In this document: positions 1-9,568 of the stretch, piece after piece
How the letters are laid out: every line of letters begins with the position of its first letter
Position numbering within the stretch: the first letter of the stretch is position 1
DNA from: a bacterium
Lineage (GTDB): Bacteria > Patescibacteriota > Patescibacteriia > UBA10025
Reading direction: 5' to 3'
DNA: 64,000 nt
Assembly (NCBI GenBank): GCA_021815445.1
Contig: JAKAGM010000001.1
Location: forward strand, 787,710 to 851,709
Made by a program: the position numbers and the translations under genes
The notes under the pieces: model-generated
The model's database searches: none
Seen by the model: only the letters and a program-made list of their open reading frames with translations
What the model was told of the DNA's origin: nothing

Positions 1-1
1 A

Positions 2-163
2 ACTATATTTAAACGCCCCATCGAAATGCTCGGGGGAAATAACGAAGAGCGAACACGGCAGATTATCCACGAAGTGGTCCACCATGAAATCGGCCACTAC
101 TTCGGCATGGATGAACAGCGCGTGAGGGCGTGGGAGAAAAAGAAAAGACGGTCGTTGCGATAA
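2..163 (+). CDS. Zincin-like metallopeptidase, C-terminal fragment (truncated by window start)
   Basis: Manual translation TIFKRPIE...IIHEVVHHEIGHYFGMDEQRV...stop at 161-163; HExxH motif in the HEIGHYFG context typical of Zincin_1 proteins. Confidence 0.8.
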   Translation, partial: TIFKRPIEMLGGNNEERTRQIIHEVVHHEIGHYFGMDEQRVRAWEKKKRRSLR

Positions 164-222
164 GTTGTTCGTTTATGGCGAACTCGAAACATTAATAAAA
201 TGGTGAAGCTGGAACATTAACT

Positions 223-711
223 ATGATAACTCTGCGAAAGTTTCGAAAAGCGGATACACAAGTTGTTGCATTGTTGGTTATGAGTACTTACAGGCAATTC
301 AATAGCACCGAATATGTCAGTAAACATGCAATTAAAGAATATCTTGATTACTACGACCCAAGGAAAAATGCAATCAAACAACTTTATGAAAATTTTCAAA
401 GAACGCCCATTTTTTATGTTGCAGTTGATGATAATAGAATAATTGGGATGATCCGCGGCAGACCCGGTAGAATAAGCAACTTATTTGTGGACGGGGAGCA
501 TCACAAAAAAGGGGTTGGCAGATTATTAGTAAATAGATTCGAATTTGAAGCAAAGAAACAAGAATCAAAAGAAATTAAAATCAGAGCTTCGCTTTATGCG
601 ACTCCTTTTTATCAAAAAATGGGCTATAAAAAAACTACAGGGATCCGAAATTTTCGTGGGTTGAAAGTCTACCCCATGAAGAAATCCCTCACTAGACACA
701 CGTCTGTATAA
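223..711 (+). CDS. GNAT family N-acetyltransferase
   Basis: LFVDGEHHKKGVGRLL acetyl-CoA motif A and ATPFYQKMGY motif B. Confidence 0.85.
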   Translation: MITLRKFRKADTQVVALLVMSTYRQFNSTEYVSKHAIKEYLDYYDPRKNAIKQLYENFQRTPIFYVAVDDNRIIGMIRGRPGRISNLFVDGEHHKKGVGRLLVNRFEFEAKKQESKEIKIRASLYATPFYQKMGYKKTTGIRNFRGLKVYPMKKSLTRHTSV

Positions 712-743
712 GAAACGTGCTTCGCACAAACTTTTGGAAAACA

Positions 744-1847
744 CTACACCCGCTTTTCCTCGAATCCGAACGTAAAGTTGGCAAGGATAATCAACGCGAC
801 AGCCCAGCCGATCATCCAATAGACATCTTTAGCTATAACGCTGAAACCCGACCCGTTCGCCATCACTTCCCTCATGGCGTTGGCAAAATACGTCAAAGGG
901 AGGTACTGGACCACATGTCCAAGCCACGCTGGCATCGCATCAACTGGGAAAAATACTCCTGAGAGAAACAACATAGGGAATGCAATAAGGTTTGCAAGCG
1001 CGGGGACTGATTCGACAGTCTTGGCGATGCCGGAAATGACAAAGCCCAATCCGAGAAACATGACGCCTCCGAGCATCGCAAGCAACAATACCAGCCAATA
1101 CGAGCCCAGGACATGCGAATGGAAACCCAGAACGCCGATGGCAATAAGGATAGCCGCCTGTGCGAGCGCCATGAGCAATCGGGTCACCACATTCGCGGTA
1201 ACAAATTGGTACGGCCTCATCGGAGTCGCGATGAGACGTTTGAGAACCCCTTTTTCCTTATAATCGGCAAAGACAAAGGCAACGGAGAAAATAGACATCT
1301 GCATGACCGCCATTGCGACGATGCCGGGAAGCAAGAAATCTATGTACTTAACGTCACGGCTGTTGACTTGCTCCGTTTTGAGGTCGAAAAGCTCAGGCGC
1401 TCTGGCGATGCTCAGGGTGGTCTTGTCGAGAATTTGAGTCAGAATGCTTAACGTCGTCTGCACCTGCTGGGGCTGGGAGACATTCGTCAACGCGGTAATG
1501 GTCTGCTTTTGCGGTGGAGTTTTGGCTTGCGGATCGGGTAACAGTGCATCGGGCACTAGCAAAACAACGCTGCGGTCGCCTTTCTGAAGCGCTGTTCGCT
1601 GGTCCGCCTCACTGCCCCGCGTGACAGTAAACGCGCTTATCTGTGAAAGTTGGTCAATGAATTGTTGCGTCGCCGGAGTCGGATTTGATACGACTATGCC
1701 TACGGGAACTTTGGGGATGCGGTCAAAGCCGATGAATCCGAAGATAGTCATGATGACAGTCGGCATAAATAGCGCAAAAAAGAGCGACTGCTTATTGCGC
1801 ACGAACATTTTGATGGCTGATTTTGTGAGAGTGAAAAGTGTATACAT
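744..1847 (-). CDS. ABC-2 type transporter permease
   Basis: N-terminal TM, extracellular loop, YIDFLLPG, EKGVLKRL..TP, FLSGVFFP..MP and LPLTY motifs. Confidence 0.9.
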   Translation of the reverse strand: MYTLFTLTKSAIKMFVRNKQSLFFALFMPTVIMTIFGFIGFDRIPKVPVGIVVSNPTPATQQFIDQLSQISAFTVTRGSEADQRTALQKGDRSVVLLVPDALLPDPQAKTPPQKQTITALTNVSQPQQVQTTLSILTQILDKTTLSIARAPELFDLKTEQVNSRDVKYIDFLLPGIVAMAVMQMSIFSVAFVFADYKEKGVLKRLIATPMRPYQFVTANVVTRLLMALAQAAILIAIGVLGFHSHVLGSYWLVLLLAMLGGVMFLGLGFVISGIAKTVESVPALANLIAFPMLFLSGVFFPVDAMPAWLGHVVQYLPLTYFANAMREVMANGSGFSVIAKDVYWMIGWAVALIILANFTFGFEEKRV

Positions 1848-1854
1848 AAAGATG

Positions 1855-2772
1855 TTATTCGCGAAGCGTGCTTCCGGTCAATTTGAGAAAGACGTCTTCA
1901 AGCGTCGCTTGACGCAGTTGGAGGTCAAAAACTTTAAATTCACAACTCGTCTCATGCTTAAAGAGCGCCGGTAAGGTGGCCTCGGGATTGCTGGAAAGGA
2001 GACGATACCCATGGTCCTCCGCAATTGCGGTCAACACGGCTGGAAGAGACTTGAAGTGCTCGACAGGACACGGTTTATCCACCCTGAATGTTATGGTCGA
2101 TCCGACATCCGCGCTTTTTAAGAGATTAAACGGAGTATCAAACGCAACAATTTTTGCGTGATCCATAATGGCGATCCTGTCGCACAGTACCTCAGCTTCT
2201 TCCATGTAGTGTGTCGTCAAAACAATAGTCTTGCCCTGTTTTTTGATTTCGGTAATCAAATCCCACATGTGCCTGCGCGCCTGGGGGTCTAGTCCCGTCG
2301 TTGGTTCGTCGAGAAAAAGCACTTTCGGGTCATTGACCAGCCCGACGGCGATTGACAGACGTTGTTTTTGGCCGCCGGAGAGCTCTTTGACCATGTTACC
2401 CATTTTCTCCTCGAGCTGGACCTTCCGCAGGAGCTCCACGGGATTCACTTTACGGTTATAGAGCGAGGCAAAAGTGACGAGAAGCTCGCGGAGGTTTAGA
2501 CCGTCAAAAAAAGATGATGCCTGGAGTTGAACGCCAATGATCGTCTTGACTTCGCGAGGATGGCTTTGGATATTGTGACCGTCGAGGATCGCTTCGCCCG
2601 CGGTGATGTGCTTCAGGCCTTCGAGCATTTCAAGAGTTGTCGTTTTCCCGGCGCCGTTGGGACCGAGTATGCCGAACGTTTCACCCTGGTGGACGTTAAA
2701 AGAAATATGGTCAACAGCAACCAAATCCCCGTATTTTTTAGTCAGGCCTTTGACCTGGATAATATCTTGCAT
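1855..2772 (-). CDS. ABC transporter ATP-binding protein (DrrA-like exporter)
   Basis: Walker A GPNGAGKTT, LSGGQ signature, Walker B LFLDEPT. Confidence 0.95.
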   Translation of the reverse strand: MQDIIQVKGLTKKYGDLVAVDHISFNVHQGETFGILGPNGAGKTTTLEMLEGLKHITAGEAILDGHNIQSHPREVKTIIGVQLQASSFFDGLNLRELLVTFASLYNRKVNPVELLRKVQLEEKMGNMVKELSGGQKQRLSIAVGLVNDPKVLFLDEPTTGLDPQARRHMWDLITEIKKQGKTIVLTTHYMEEAEVLCDRIAIMDHAKIVAFDTPFNLLKSADVGSTITFRVDKPCPVEHFKSLPAVLTAIAEDHGYRLLSSNPEATLPALFKHETSCEFKVFDLQLRQATLEDVFLKLTGSTLRE

Positions 2773-2914
2773 AGTATAGTATAGAGTATGTGGAAATTAT
2801 TTTACTGTATTTCTCAATTCTCGTAAAGGATACACCGGAATACGGGCCCACAGCCACCATCCTTGGCTGCTTGAAAAACATGATAATCTGGCCTATAGTA
2901 GGTTTGCTATCAAT

Positions 2915-3925
2915 ATGCACAAAAAACCCGCTATTTCCGTAGTAATTCCTGCATTTAACGAAGAACGGTATCTCCGCGCGTGTTTATTGTCTTTGCGCCA
3001 GCAGGACATCGATGTGGAATATGAGCTTATTGTTGTCGATAACGGCAGTACTGATGCAACTGCGGATATTGCCCGTGAGTACGGAGCCCGTGTCGTGTTT
3101 GAACCGAGGAAGGGCATTTGCTATGCCAGGGAGGCGGGCACCAGGCAGGCGGAGGGTACTATCATTGTTTCCACTGACGCCGATTGTGTTACCCCTCGTG
3201 ACTGGCTTCAAAAAATCTATGATGCGTTTTTGATAGAACCGGAACTTGTCGGAGTTGCAGGCAGGATCCTTTATGAACCCAAACCCTTTTGGGGCAGAGC
3301 GTGGTCTCGGGGACTTTTCTGGGCGGTTGGTGCGTACTACAAGTTATTCGGCGTCGTCATGTATATCTCAGCGTGCAATTTTGCCTTCTCAAAGTGCGCA
3401 TGGGAAAAAGCGGGAGGATACAATGTTCGACTTGCCCAGGGCGGGGACGAGTACGACCTCTTATTCCGGCTGCGTTCTCAGGGCCATGTGGCATTCCTTC
3501 CTAATAATACTGCGCTCACCTCAAGCCGGCGTCTGGTGCATGGCATACTCTACAGCTTTTTTGTGACTGTGTGCTACTATTATCTTTTTGATTATTTTGT
3601 CCTCAGCCGTTTGACAGGACGCTCCGTCGCCGGCCTCTATCCTGAATTTCGGGGTGAGCAGCAATCACGGCTTCCGCTTTCGTCAAAGTTTGCGGTAGGC
3701 GCGTTAGTGATTCTTATCGGTTTTGGCATTGTACTGGGTTCTACGCCGTTGGCCAAAGCTACGCAGATTCCGCGGCACCAGCTTTCCGCGACGTTTCATA
3801 CCGCAAAAAATCATATTCAGCAATTTAATACTCATCTGGATTCGTGCACGGATAACCTCCCTGCGTGCACCATATCGGCGACGAGCAGGATGATACACTT
3901 TGCTGGACATCGGCGCGTCAGGTAA
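2915..3925 (+). CDS. Glycosyltransferase family 2 with C-terminal TM segments
   Basis: SVVIPAFNEE, VVDNGSTD, TDAD (DxD), TSSRR motifs. Confidence 0.9.
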   Translation: MHKKPAISVVIPAFNEERYLRACLLSLRQQDIDVEYELIVVDNGSTDATADIAREYGARVVFEPRKGICYAREAGTRQAEGTIIVSTDADCVTPRDWLQKIYDAFLIEPELVGVAGRILYEPKPFWGRAWSRGLFWAVGAYYKLFGVVMYISACNFAFSKCAWEKAGGYNVRLAQGGDEYDLLFRLRSQGHVAFLPNNTALTSSRRLVHGILYSFFVTVCYYYLFDYFVLSRLTGRSVAGLYPEFRGEQQSRLPLSSKFAVGALVILIGFGIVLGSTPLAKATQIPRHQLSATFHTAKNHIQQFNTHLDSCTDNLPACTISATSRMIHFAGHRRVR

Positions 3926-3927
3926 GT

Positions 3928-4644
3928 ATGCCATCTATCATATTTGCCGCAGTTGCCATTCTCGGTGTGGCCGTCTATTATCTCTTCTTCTCCTCTGCGT
4001 CCCAATCGCTTGGGCCGGTTGTCGCGCGGTCTGAAACCGAGGAAAAACTTGTCGCGTTGAGTTTTGATGACGGTCCCAACGAGCCGTTCACCGGGGAACT
4101 CGCGAATATCCTGCACGAGTACAATGTTCGCGCTACTTTTTTCTGTGTGGGACAAAACGTCGAGCGCTCACCCGAAAGTCTTAAGCGGCTTGATCGCGAC
4201 GGACATTGTATCGGCAACCACTCATACTCGCACTCATTAATTACACAGCTTTTTCCCGATCGTGCGCTGCAGGGGTTAACTCGGACGCAGGATATCATTA
4301 CTGCGACAATCCGCAAGCGTCCGGCGTTTTTTCGTCCTCCATGGTTTTTTCGCACGCCCGCAATGTTGTCCCGGGTGCGCAAACTTGGCCTCACGACGGT
4401 GAACGGTACCTTTGGCAGCTACGTCGAAGTATTCCATGTTTCAGGAAAATACATGGCGGAAAGGGCGTTAAAGAAGACGAGGCCCGGTGCAATCCTGGTA
4501 TTTCATGATGGATATAATAACAAAGGTGCGGAAAGGACCGAAACGGTTGATGCTATACGTTTGCTCATTCCTCAACTCCTTAAAGCCGGATACAAATTCG
4601 TCACCATCCCTGAGCTTCTGTCCCTGCCCGCGTACATTGGATAA
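3928..4644 (+). CDS. Polysaccharide deacetylase (CE4/NodB) with N-terminal anchor
   Basis: SFDDGP, NHSYSH, FRPP, FHDG motifs; start moved to ATG 3928 just after the GT2 stop. Confidence 0.9.
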   Translation: MPSIIFAAVAILGVAVYYLFFSSASQSLGPVVARSETEEKLVALSFDDGPNEPFTGELANILHEYNVRATFFCVGQNVERSPESLKRLDRDGHCIGNHSYSHSLITQLFPDRALQGLTRTQDIITATIRKRPAFFRPPWFFRTPAMLSRVRKLGLTTVNGTFGSYVEVFHVSGKYMAERALKKTRPGAILVFHDGYNNKGAERTETVDAIRLLIPQLLKAGYKFVTIPELLSLPAYIG

Positions 4645-4654
4645 AAAACCCGGT

Positions 4655-5503
4655 ATGCATAAAAAAACTACACTTCGAATTGCTGCAACGCTGGTCGTGG
4701 GAACGGCCGCCGTGGTAACAGGTTTTGTGTTATTCCATAGATCCTCCCAACCGATGGCGAACAATCAGCCTCCCGCGGTTAATTCATCAGCGGACGTGAA
4801 CCGAGCACCGATAAATACGAAAGCGGCAAAAAATGCCAACGTCGCCGCCATTCCCCAACCGGAGAACACCAATACCGCAACGGTGAATTCAGCCACTTCG
4901 AATACTTCATTAAAAGAAATAACAATTGGCAACACTGCAAAAAAGCAGATTATTTTTACCTTTGATGCCGGCTCCGGTACCCAGTCCTTAGACAAAATCC
5001 TCGCCACTTTAACAAAGCACAATCTGACGGGCACATTTTTCATTACCGGCGCATGGGCAACGAAAAATGGGGATTCAGTGAAACGCATCAGCGCCGCGGG
5101 ACATGAAATCTACAACCATACCTATACGCACCCCCATCTCACGCAAGTGAGTGACGCGGACATAGCATCTGAGCTGAGCAGAACAGATACGCTTATCACC
5201 CAGCTGACGGGCAAATCAACAAAGCCCTACTTCCGTCCTCCGTATGGCGATCGCAACGCACATGTCCTCGACATAGCTTCACAAGCCGGATACCGCTCGG
5301 TATACTGGACTACGGACGCCCTGGATTGGGAGACCGGGCAGACTGCAGATGTTGTAGAAAGCCGAATACTGTCTCATCTCAAGCCCGGCGCTATCTTTTT
5401 GATGCACGTCGGCGACGATATCACGGGACAGATTTTGGACGATACTATGACAAAAATCCTTGCTCAAGGGTATACACTCGTCTCGCTTAGCAAGGGTCTC
5501 TGA
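4655..5503 (+). CDS. Polysaccharide deacetylase (CE4), secreted or anchored, with Asn/Thr-rich linker
   Basis: FTFDAG, NHTYTHP, FRPPYG, LMHVG motifs; likely start ATG 4655 (MHKKTT). Confidence 0.88.
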   Translation: MHKKTTLRIAATLVVGTAAVVTGFVLFHRSSQPMANNQPPAVNSSADVNRAPINTKAAKNANVAAIPQPENTNTATVNSATSNTSLKEITIGNTAKKQIIFTFDAGSGTQSLDKILATLTKHNLTGTFFITGAWATKNGDSVKRISAAGHEIYNHTYTHPHLTQVSDADIASELSRTDTLITQLTGKSTKPYFRPPYGDRNAHVLDIASQAGYRSVYWTTDALDWETGQTADVVESRILSHLKPGAIFLMHVGDDITGQILDDTMTKILAQGYTLVSLSKGL

Positions 5504-5558
5504 GTTTTTTTGAATGCAATAAATCGAATATAATAATCTAAGTGTTAAAGGTAAAAAT

Positions 5559-5831
5559 ATGGAAACAGCTCCTGAGGCAGAAGAAAAAAAACAGTTGAAT
5601 CTCCGCAAAGAGATTCGCGAGCGTACCGTCGGATACATCGTCGCAGCTCTAGGGTTAGTCGCAGGGCTTGCCTGGAACGATGCGATAAAATCATCCATTG
5701 AGTATTTCTTCCCGTTCCACAATGGTGCCCTTTGGGCTAAGTTTATTTACGCGGTGATTATCACCCTCGTGGTTATTTTCGGAAGTATCGGGATAATGAA
5801 GTGGCTTGGCGGTGAGGAAGAGAAAAAATGA
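5559..5831 (+). CDS. Small 2-TM membrane protein (DUF5654-like)
   Basis: AALGLVAGLAWNDAIK motif typical of this CPR/archaeal family. Confidence 0.75.
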   Translation: METAPEAEEKKQLNLRKEIRERTVGYIVAALGLVAGLAWNDAIKSSIEYFFPFHNGALWAKFIYAVIITLVVIFGSIGIMKWLGGEEEKK

Positions 5832-5947
5832 CTTGGTCTTCCTTTATGATCAAAAAGCAAAGAAAATTCGAAAAAAATAACCCAGTATAAATGAAAAAAA
5901 GCCGCTGGGCGATACCATGCGGCTTGTACAACCGAGCGAGATACTGA

Positions 5948-6505
5948 TCATTCTTCGAGTTTCTTTTGGTCAGGATCATCGATCCGTATCAGACATCGGA
6001 GGCTGGCAGCATTCTGCCTTGCAGCTTCGGTCGATGTGCTAATGTCCTCCAGGAGTCCAGACCATTCATACCCATGAATGGCAAAGCATGCCAGTACTAG
6101 ACGATGCCATGAGTCATCAAGAACAATGTGCTGCGCAATGAACCCATAGATCAGCCGCGTGTTACGACACCATGCGTACGTGTCGCTCTGGCGAAGTCTT
6201 TCCCCATAATGGGTCCAGACCCTGTGAAAGAACGCCGCGACGGCAGCTTTGATGCGCTGATCCTCAATGCCCCAAAGGCTACCGATGGTCTTCTTAAAGT
6301 TGACGTCCGCCTGGCCTGACTCATCGATGACCCGTTGAATTCGAAGAAAAAGTAGCAGTTCGTCCTTCGTACAGGTGGCGGGAAGACCACGATCATCACG
6401 CGTATTGTCATCAAGCCAGCGCGTTATCGCGTCAAGCACTTCATTACTGTAGTGTCCCGAATCATCTGCGGACACCTTTCCTTTTTTATCCTGAGATCGC
6501 GGCAT
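5948..6505 (-). CDS. Hypothetical protein
   Basis: Open frame with AAAGGAG SD before ATG 6505, its own promoter and a downstream hairpin/U-tract near 5893-5925; no recognisable motif. Confidence 0.55.
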   Translation of the reverse strand: MPRSQDKKGKVSADDSGHYSNEVLDAITRWLDDNTRDDRGLPATCTKDELLLFLRIQRVIDESGQADVNFKKTIGSLWGIEDQRIKAAVAAFFHRVWTHYGERLRQSDTYAWCRNTRLIYGFIAQHIVLDDSWHRLVLACFAIHGYEWSGLLEDISTSTEAARQNAASLRCLIRIDDPDQKKLEE

Positions 6506-6578
6506 ACTGTCTCCTTTTGGTTTATTGTGAGAGTACATCCTTTTGCTGAACGAATAAGCATACACCTATAAGAAATAT

Positions 6579-6693
6579 TGTCAATATTATTAACATAAAG
6601 TTATTTAAAATATTGCCTATTATTAAAAATTATTTGAAACATAGGTAGAATGTTGTCATTATTATTGACAAGAATGTCCACATCTGCTATTAT
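6579..6693. promoter_or_regulatory. Divergent sigma70 promoters, each overlapped by a 17-bp palindromic box
   Basis: TTGACA 6665-6670, 17-nt spacer, TATTAT 6688-6693; boxes TGTCAATATTATTAACA 6579-6595 and TGTCATTATTATTGACA 6654-6670. Confidence 0.6.
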
Positions 6694-6713
6694 AGGCCCG
6701 AGATGCGGCACAT

Positions 6714-7466
6714 ATGATACTTGACCAATCTTTACAGGAATTCGGCCTAACTGAAAAAGAGGCTAAAGTGTATCTTGCCGTCTTGGAGTTGGGCCAGGAT
6801 GCTGTGTTAGGTATCGCGAAAAAATCTGAATTAAAACGACCTACAGTCTATCTTATTCTGGAGTCGTTGATTAAACGCGGACTCGTACGAAAAATACCAA
6901 AAGGAACAACAACATTCTACGTGACAGAAGACCCGGATATATTGCTCCAAGTTCTTGAAAAGCGTCAAAAGTCAATCAAGGATGTCATCCCTTTCCTTAA
7001 GGCCATATATAATAGGCGTGATACAAAACCTCAAATACGCTTTTACGAGGGCCGGGAAGGAATTCAAAAAGCATATGGAGAATTTCGTCTGGCTAAAAAA
7101 AATATCCTTTTTTACGGCTCAATCAAGGATATTCTGGAGAGCTTTCCCGACGAAATGTTAACATATGAAATAATAAAGAAAATGGGCATTTCAGTAAAAG
7201 AAATCATGTCGTCGGACCCCGTTGATATAAAATATGCGAAAGAGATCATGGGATATAAAAATCCCAAACACGAAGTTCGAATACTGAAAAAGGGAACCAT
7301 CTTTGCTATAGATACGGCAATTATTGATGATAATAAAATCGCCATAGTATCTTTGAAGGGTAACGCTTTTAGTGTCATGATTCAAAGTAAGGATATCGCC
7401 CAATCGTTTAAAACACTTTATGAGCTTGCTTGGGCGAGCGCGATAAAAGTAACAGACATTGTATGA
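6714..7466 (+). CDS. TrmB family transcriptional regulator
   Basis: GLTEKEAKVYLA..ELG, RPTVY..LESL..RGLV wHTH; FYEG.EGI and C-terminal PLD-like effector domain. Confidence 0.9.
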   Translation: MILDQSLQEFGLTEKEAKVYLAVLELGQDAVLGIAKKSELKRPTVYLILESLIKRGLVRKIPKGTTTFYVTEDPDILLQVLEKRQKSIKDVIPFLKAIYNRRDTKPQIRFYEGREGIQKAYGEFRLAKKNILFYGSIKDILESFPDEMLTYEIIKKMGISVKEIMSSDPVDIKYAKEIMGYKNPKHEVRILKKGTIFAIDTAIIDDNKIAIVSLKGNAFSVMIQSKDIAQSFKTLYELAWASAIKVTDIV

Positions 7467-7954
7467 ACCCCCTCTCGCCGCGAAAAACGACGATGACGCT
7501 CTGTCTTATCGTCCAAAACGGCAATGTGCTGCTCGGGATGAAAAAACGGGGATTCGGGGCCGGATGGTGGAATGGGTTTGGAGGTAAGGTACATGAAGGT
7601 GAGGATCTGGAAAATGCTGTTCAGAGGGAACTCCATGAGGAAGCGGGAATACGCGCAGTGAGCCCAAAAAAACAGGCTATCTTAACGTTTGAGTTTAAGA
7701 ACAGCCCGCAGTTTTTTGAAGGGCATGTTTTCTTCGCTGATGCATTCACCGGTGAGCCAAGGGAGACCGAAGAAATGAAACCCCAGTGGTTTTCAATTAC
7801 TACTATGCCTTACGGCATAATGTGGCCCGGCGACAGATATTGGATGCCGAGTTTCTTTGCAGGTCGTCGCTTCCGGGCATATCTTCTTTTTGATGGGAAT
7901 AAACATTTACTCAGCCACGAACTGAATGAAGTACCGCAACATGAAGTGCTATGA
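7463..7954 (+). CDS. Nudix hydrolase, 8-oxo-dGTP diphosphatase (MTH1-like)
   Basis: KKRGFGAGWWNGFGGKV..GE......RELHEEAG Nudix box; EEMKPQWF, MWPGD; ATG overlaps the TrmB stop. Confidence 0.9.
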   Translation: MNPLSPRKTTMTLCLIVQNGNVLLGMKKRGFGAGWWNGFGGKVHEGEDLENAVQRELHEEAGIRAVSPKKQAILTFEFKNSPQFFEGHVFFADAFTGEPRETEEMKPQWFSITTMPYGIMWPGDRYWMPSFFAGRRFRAYLLFDGNKHLLSHELNEVPQHEVL

Positions 7955-8580
7955 AACTTGTTTTCGCAACACATAATCACGGGAAAATTCGGGAGATGGC
8001 GTCAATCCTTGCTGATCTCGCAATTGACGTTGTTTCCGCAGACGAGGCGGGTGTGACAAAAGATGTGGAAGAAGACGGTAGCACTTTGGAAGAAAACGCG
8101 CTCAAAAAAGCAAAATACGTAGCCCACGAAACTCATGAGTGGGTCATTGCAGACGACACCGGCCTTTTTATCGACGCGCTCGGCGGTGCTCCGGGTATCC
8201 ACTCGAATCGGTGGGCGGGTGAACAGGTGAAGGGGAATAAATTGGCTGAATACACTCTCCAGCAAATGCTCAAGATTCCTGCTGATAAGCGTTCGGGCAA
8301 TTTTACCAGCGTCGTAGTGGTGGTCGCGCCGGGCGGAAAACATTGGACATTTCAAGGAAAGCTCAAGGGGACTATTGCCCCGTCGCCTCGCGGCACCCCG
8401 CGTCCGCTGCTACCGTATGATACAATCTTCATTCCCGAAGGGGAACGTCGGACCTTCGCTGAGATGAGCGAATCAGAAAAAAACGCAATCAGCCATCGGG
8501 GCCGCGCTTTCGAAGGAATAAAGAAATTTCTTGAGGAGCGGTTAAAGGTGGATAATAAAGATTATGAAGTACCGAGATAA
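7951..8580 (+). CDS. rdgB: Non-canonical purine NTP pyrophosphatase (ITP/XTP)
   Basis: ATHNHGK, EENALKKA, ADDTGL, PGIHS, KNAISHRGRA motifs. Confidence 0.92.
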   Translation: MKLVFATHNHGKIREMASILADLAIDVVSADEAGVTKDVEEDGSTLEENALKKAKYVAHETHEWVIADDTGLFIDALGGAPGIHSNRWAGEQVKGNKLAEYTLQQMLKIPADKRSGNFTSVVVVVAPGGKHWTFQGKLKGTIAPSPRGTPRPLLPYDTIFIPEGERRTFAEMSESEKNAISHRGRAFEGIKKFLEERLKVDNKDYEVPR

Positions 8581-9547
8581 CGTCTACGGAACAATACCTA
8601 TTTCAGAACCGGTCGCTATTAATATTATCAATAGCCCGGCAATGCAGCGATTGAAAGGCATCGACCAAGGGGCGTACAGAAAACCTTTTTTTCCGGGCAC
8701 CCCGACGAACCGTTTTGACCATTCTGTCGGAGTATTTCTTCTTTTGCGGATATTCAAGGCACCGCTTCTGGAACAGATTGCGGGCTTGATCCACGATGTG
8801 TCCCATTCAGCGTTCTCACATGGCATTGAATATATCCTCAAACAAGGCAATGCGAAAACCCAGGGGCACCAGGACAATATTCACAATGACTTCGTGAAAA
8901 ATTCGGAAATCACCGGCATACTTTCGAGGTATGGCATGAATGTCGATGACATACTCGATGACTCGCGCTTCCCTTTGAAAGAAAATGATCTGCCCGATAT
9001 ATGCGCAGATAGGATCGACTATACTCTGCGCGACGGGGTTTCATATGGCGAACTAACTATTAGAGAAGCGAAAGAAATCTTAAGTTCGCTTTCGACGGTG
9101 AACGGCAGGTGGATATTTGCCGACTTTGCTCATGCGCGGAATTTTGCGCAATTTTATAATAAGCTGAACGGAGACTATTGGGCAGGCATAGAATCGGCTG
9201 TCATGTTTCATACCGTAGGCGAGTACATTGCCCATGCGTTACAAAAGCACTATATTGAACTTGAAGATTTGTATACGACTGACCAGGAAGTGTTTAATAA
9301 AATCGAACCTCATCTTAAAAATGATGAGTGCGCGCAATTGTTGCATGATCGCATGAATCACCATATAAACTTTATAAACTCTCCCGGACACTTTGACACG
9401 CGTGTCATCATTAAATCCAGAGCTATTGATCCGCTCTGCTGCCATGACGGGGCCGTGAAGCGCGTATCCGAGATTGACCCGTACTGGACTCAGACTGTTC
9501 AGGAGGAATCAAAGCCGAAAGAATATTTCATCAAATTTGAACAATAG
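8564..9547 (+). CDS. HD-domain phosphohydrolase (SAMHD1/dNTP triphosphohydrolase-like)
   Basis: QRLKGIDQ, RFDHSVG, HDVSHSAFSH, ADRIDY motifs. Confidence 0.85.
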   Translation: MKYRDNVYGTIPISEPVAINIINSPAMQRLKGIDQGAYRKPFFPGTPTNRFDHSVGVFLLLRIFKAPLLEQIAGLIHDVSHSAFSHGIEYILKQGNAKTQGHQDNIHNDFVKNSEITGILSRYGMNVDDILDDSRFPLKENDLPDICADRIDYTLRDGVSYGELTIREAKEILSSLSTVNGRWIFADFAHARNFAQFYNKLNGDYWAGIESAVMFHTVGEYIAHALQKHYIELEDLYTTDQEVFNKIEPHLKNDECAQLLHDRMNHHINFINSPGHFDTRVIIKSRAIDPLCCHDGAVKRVSEIDPYWTQTVQEESKPKEYFIKFEQ

Positions 9548-9568
9548 GCTAAGAACAATGCAGAACAC

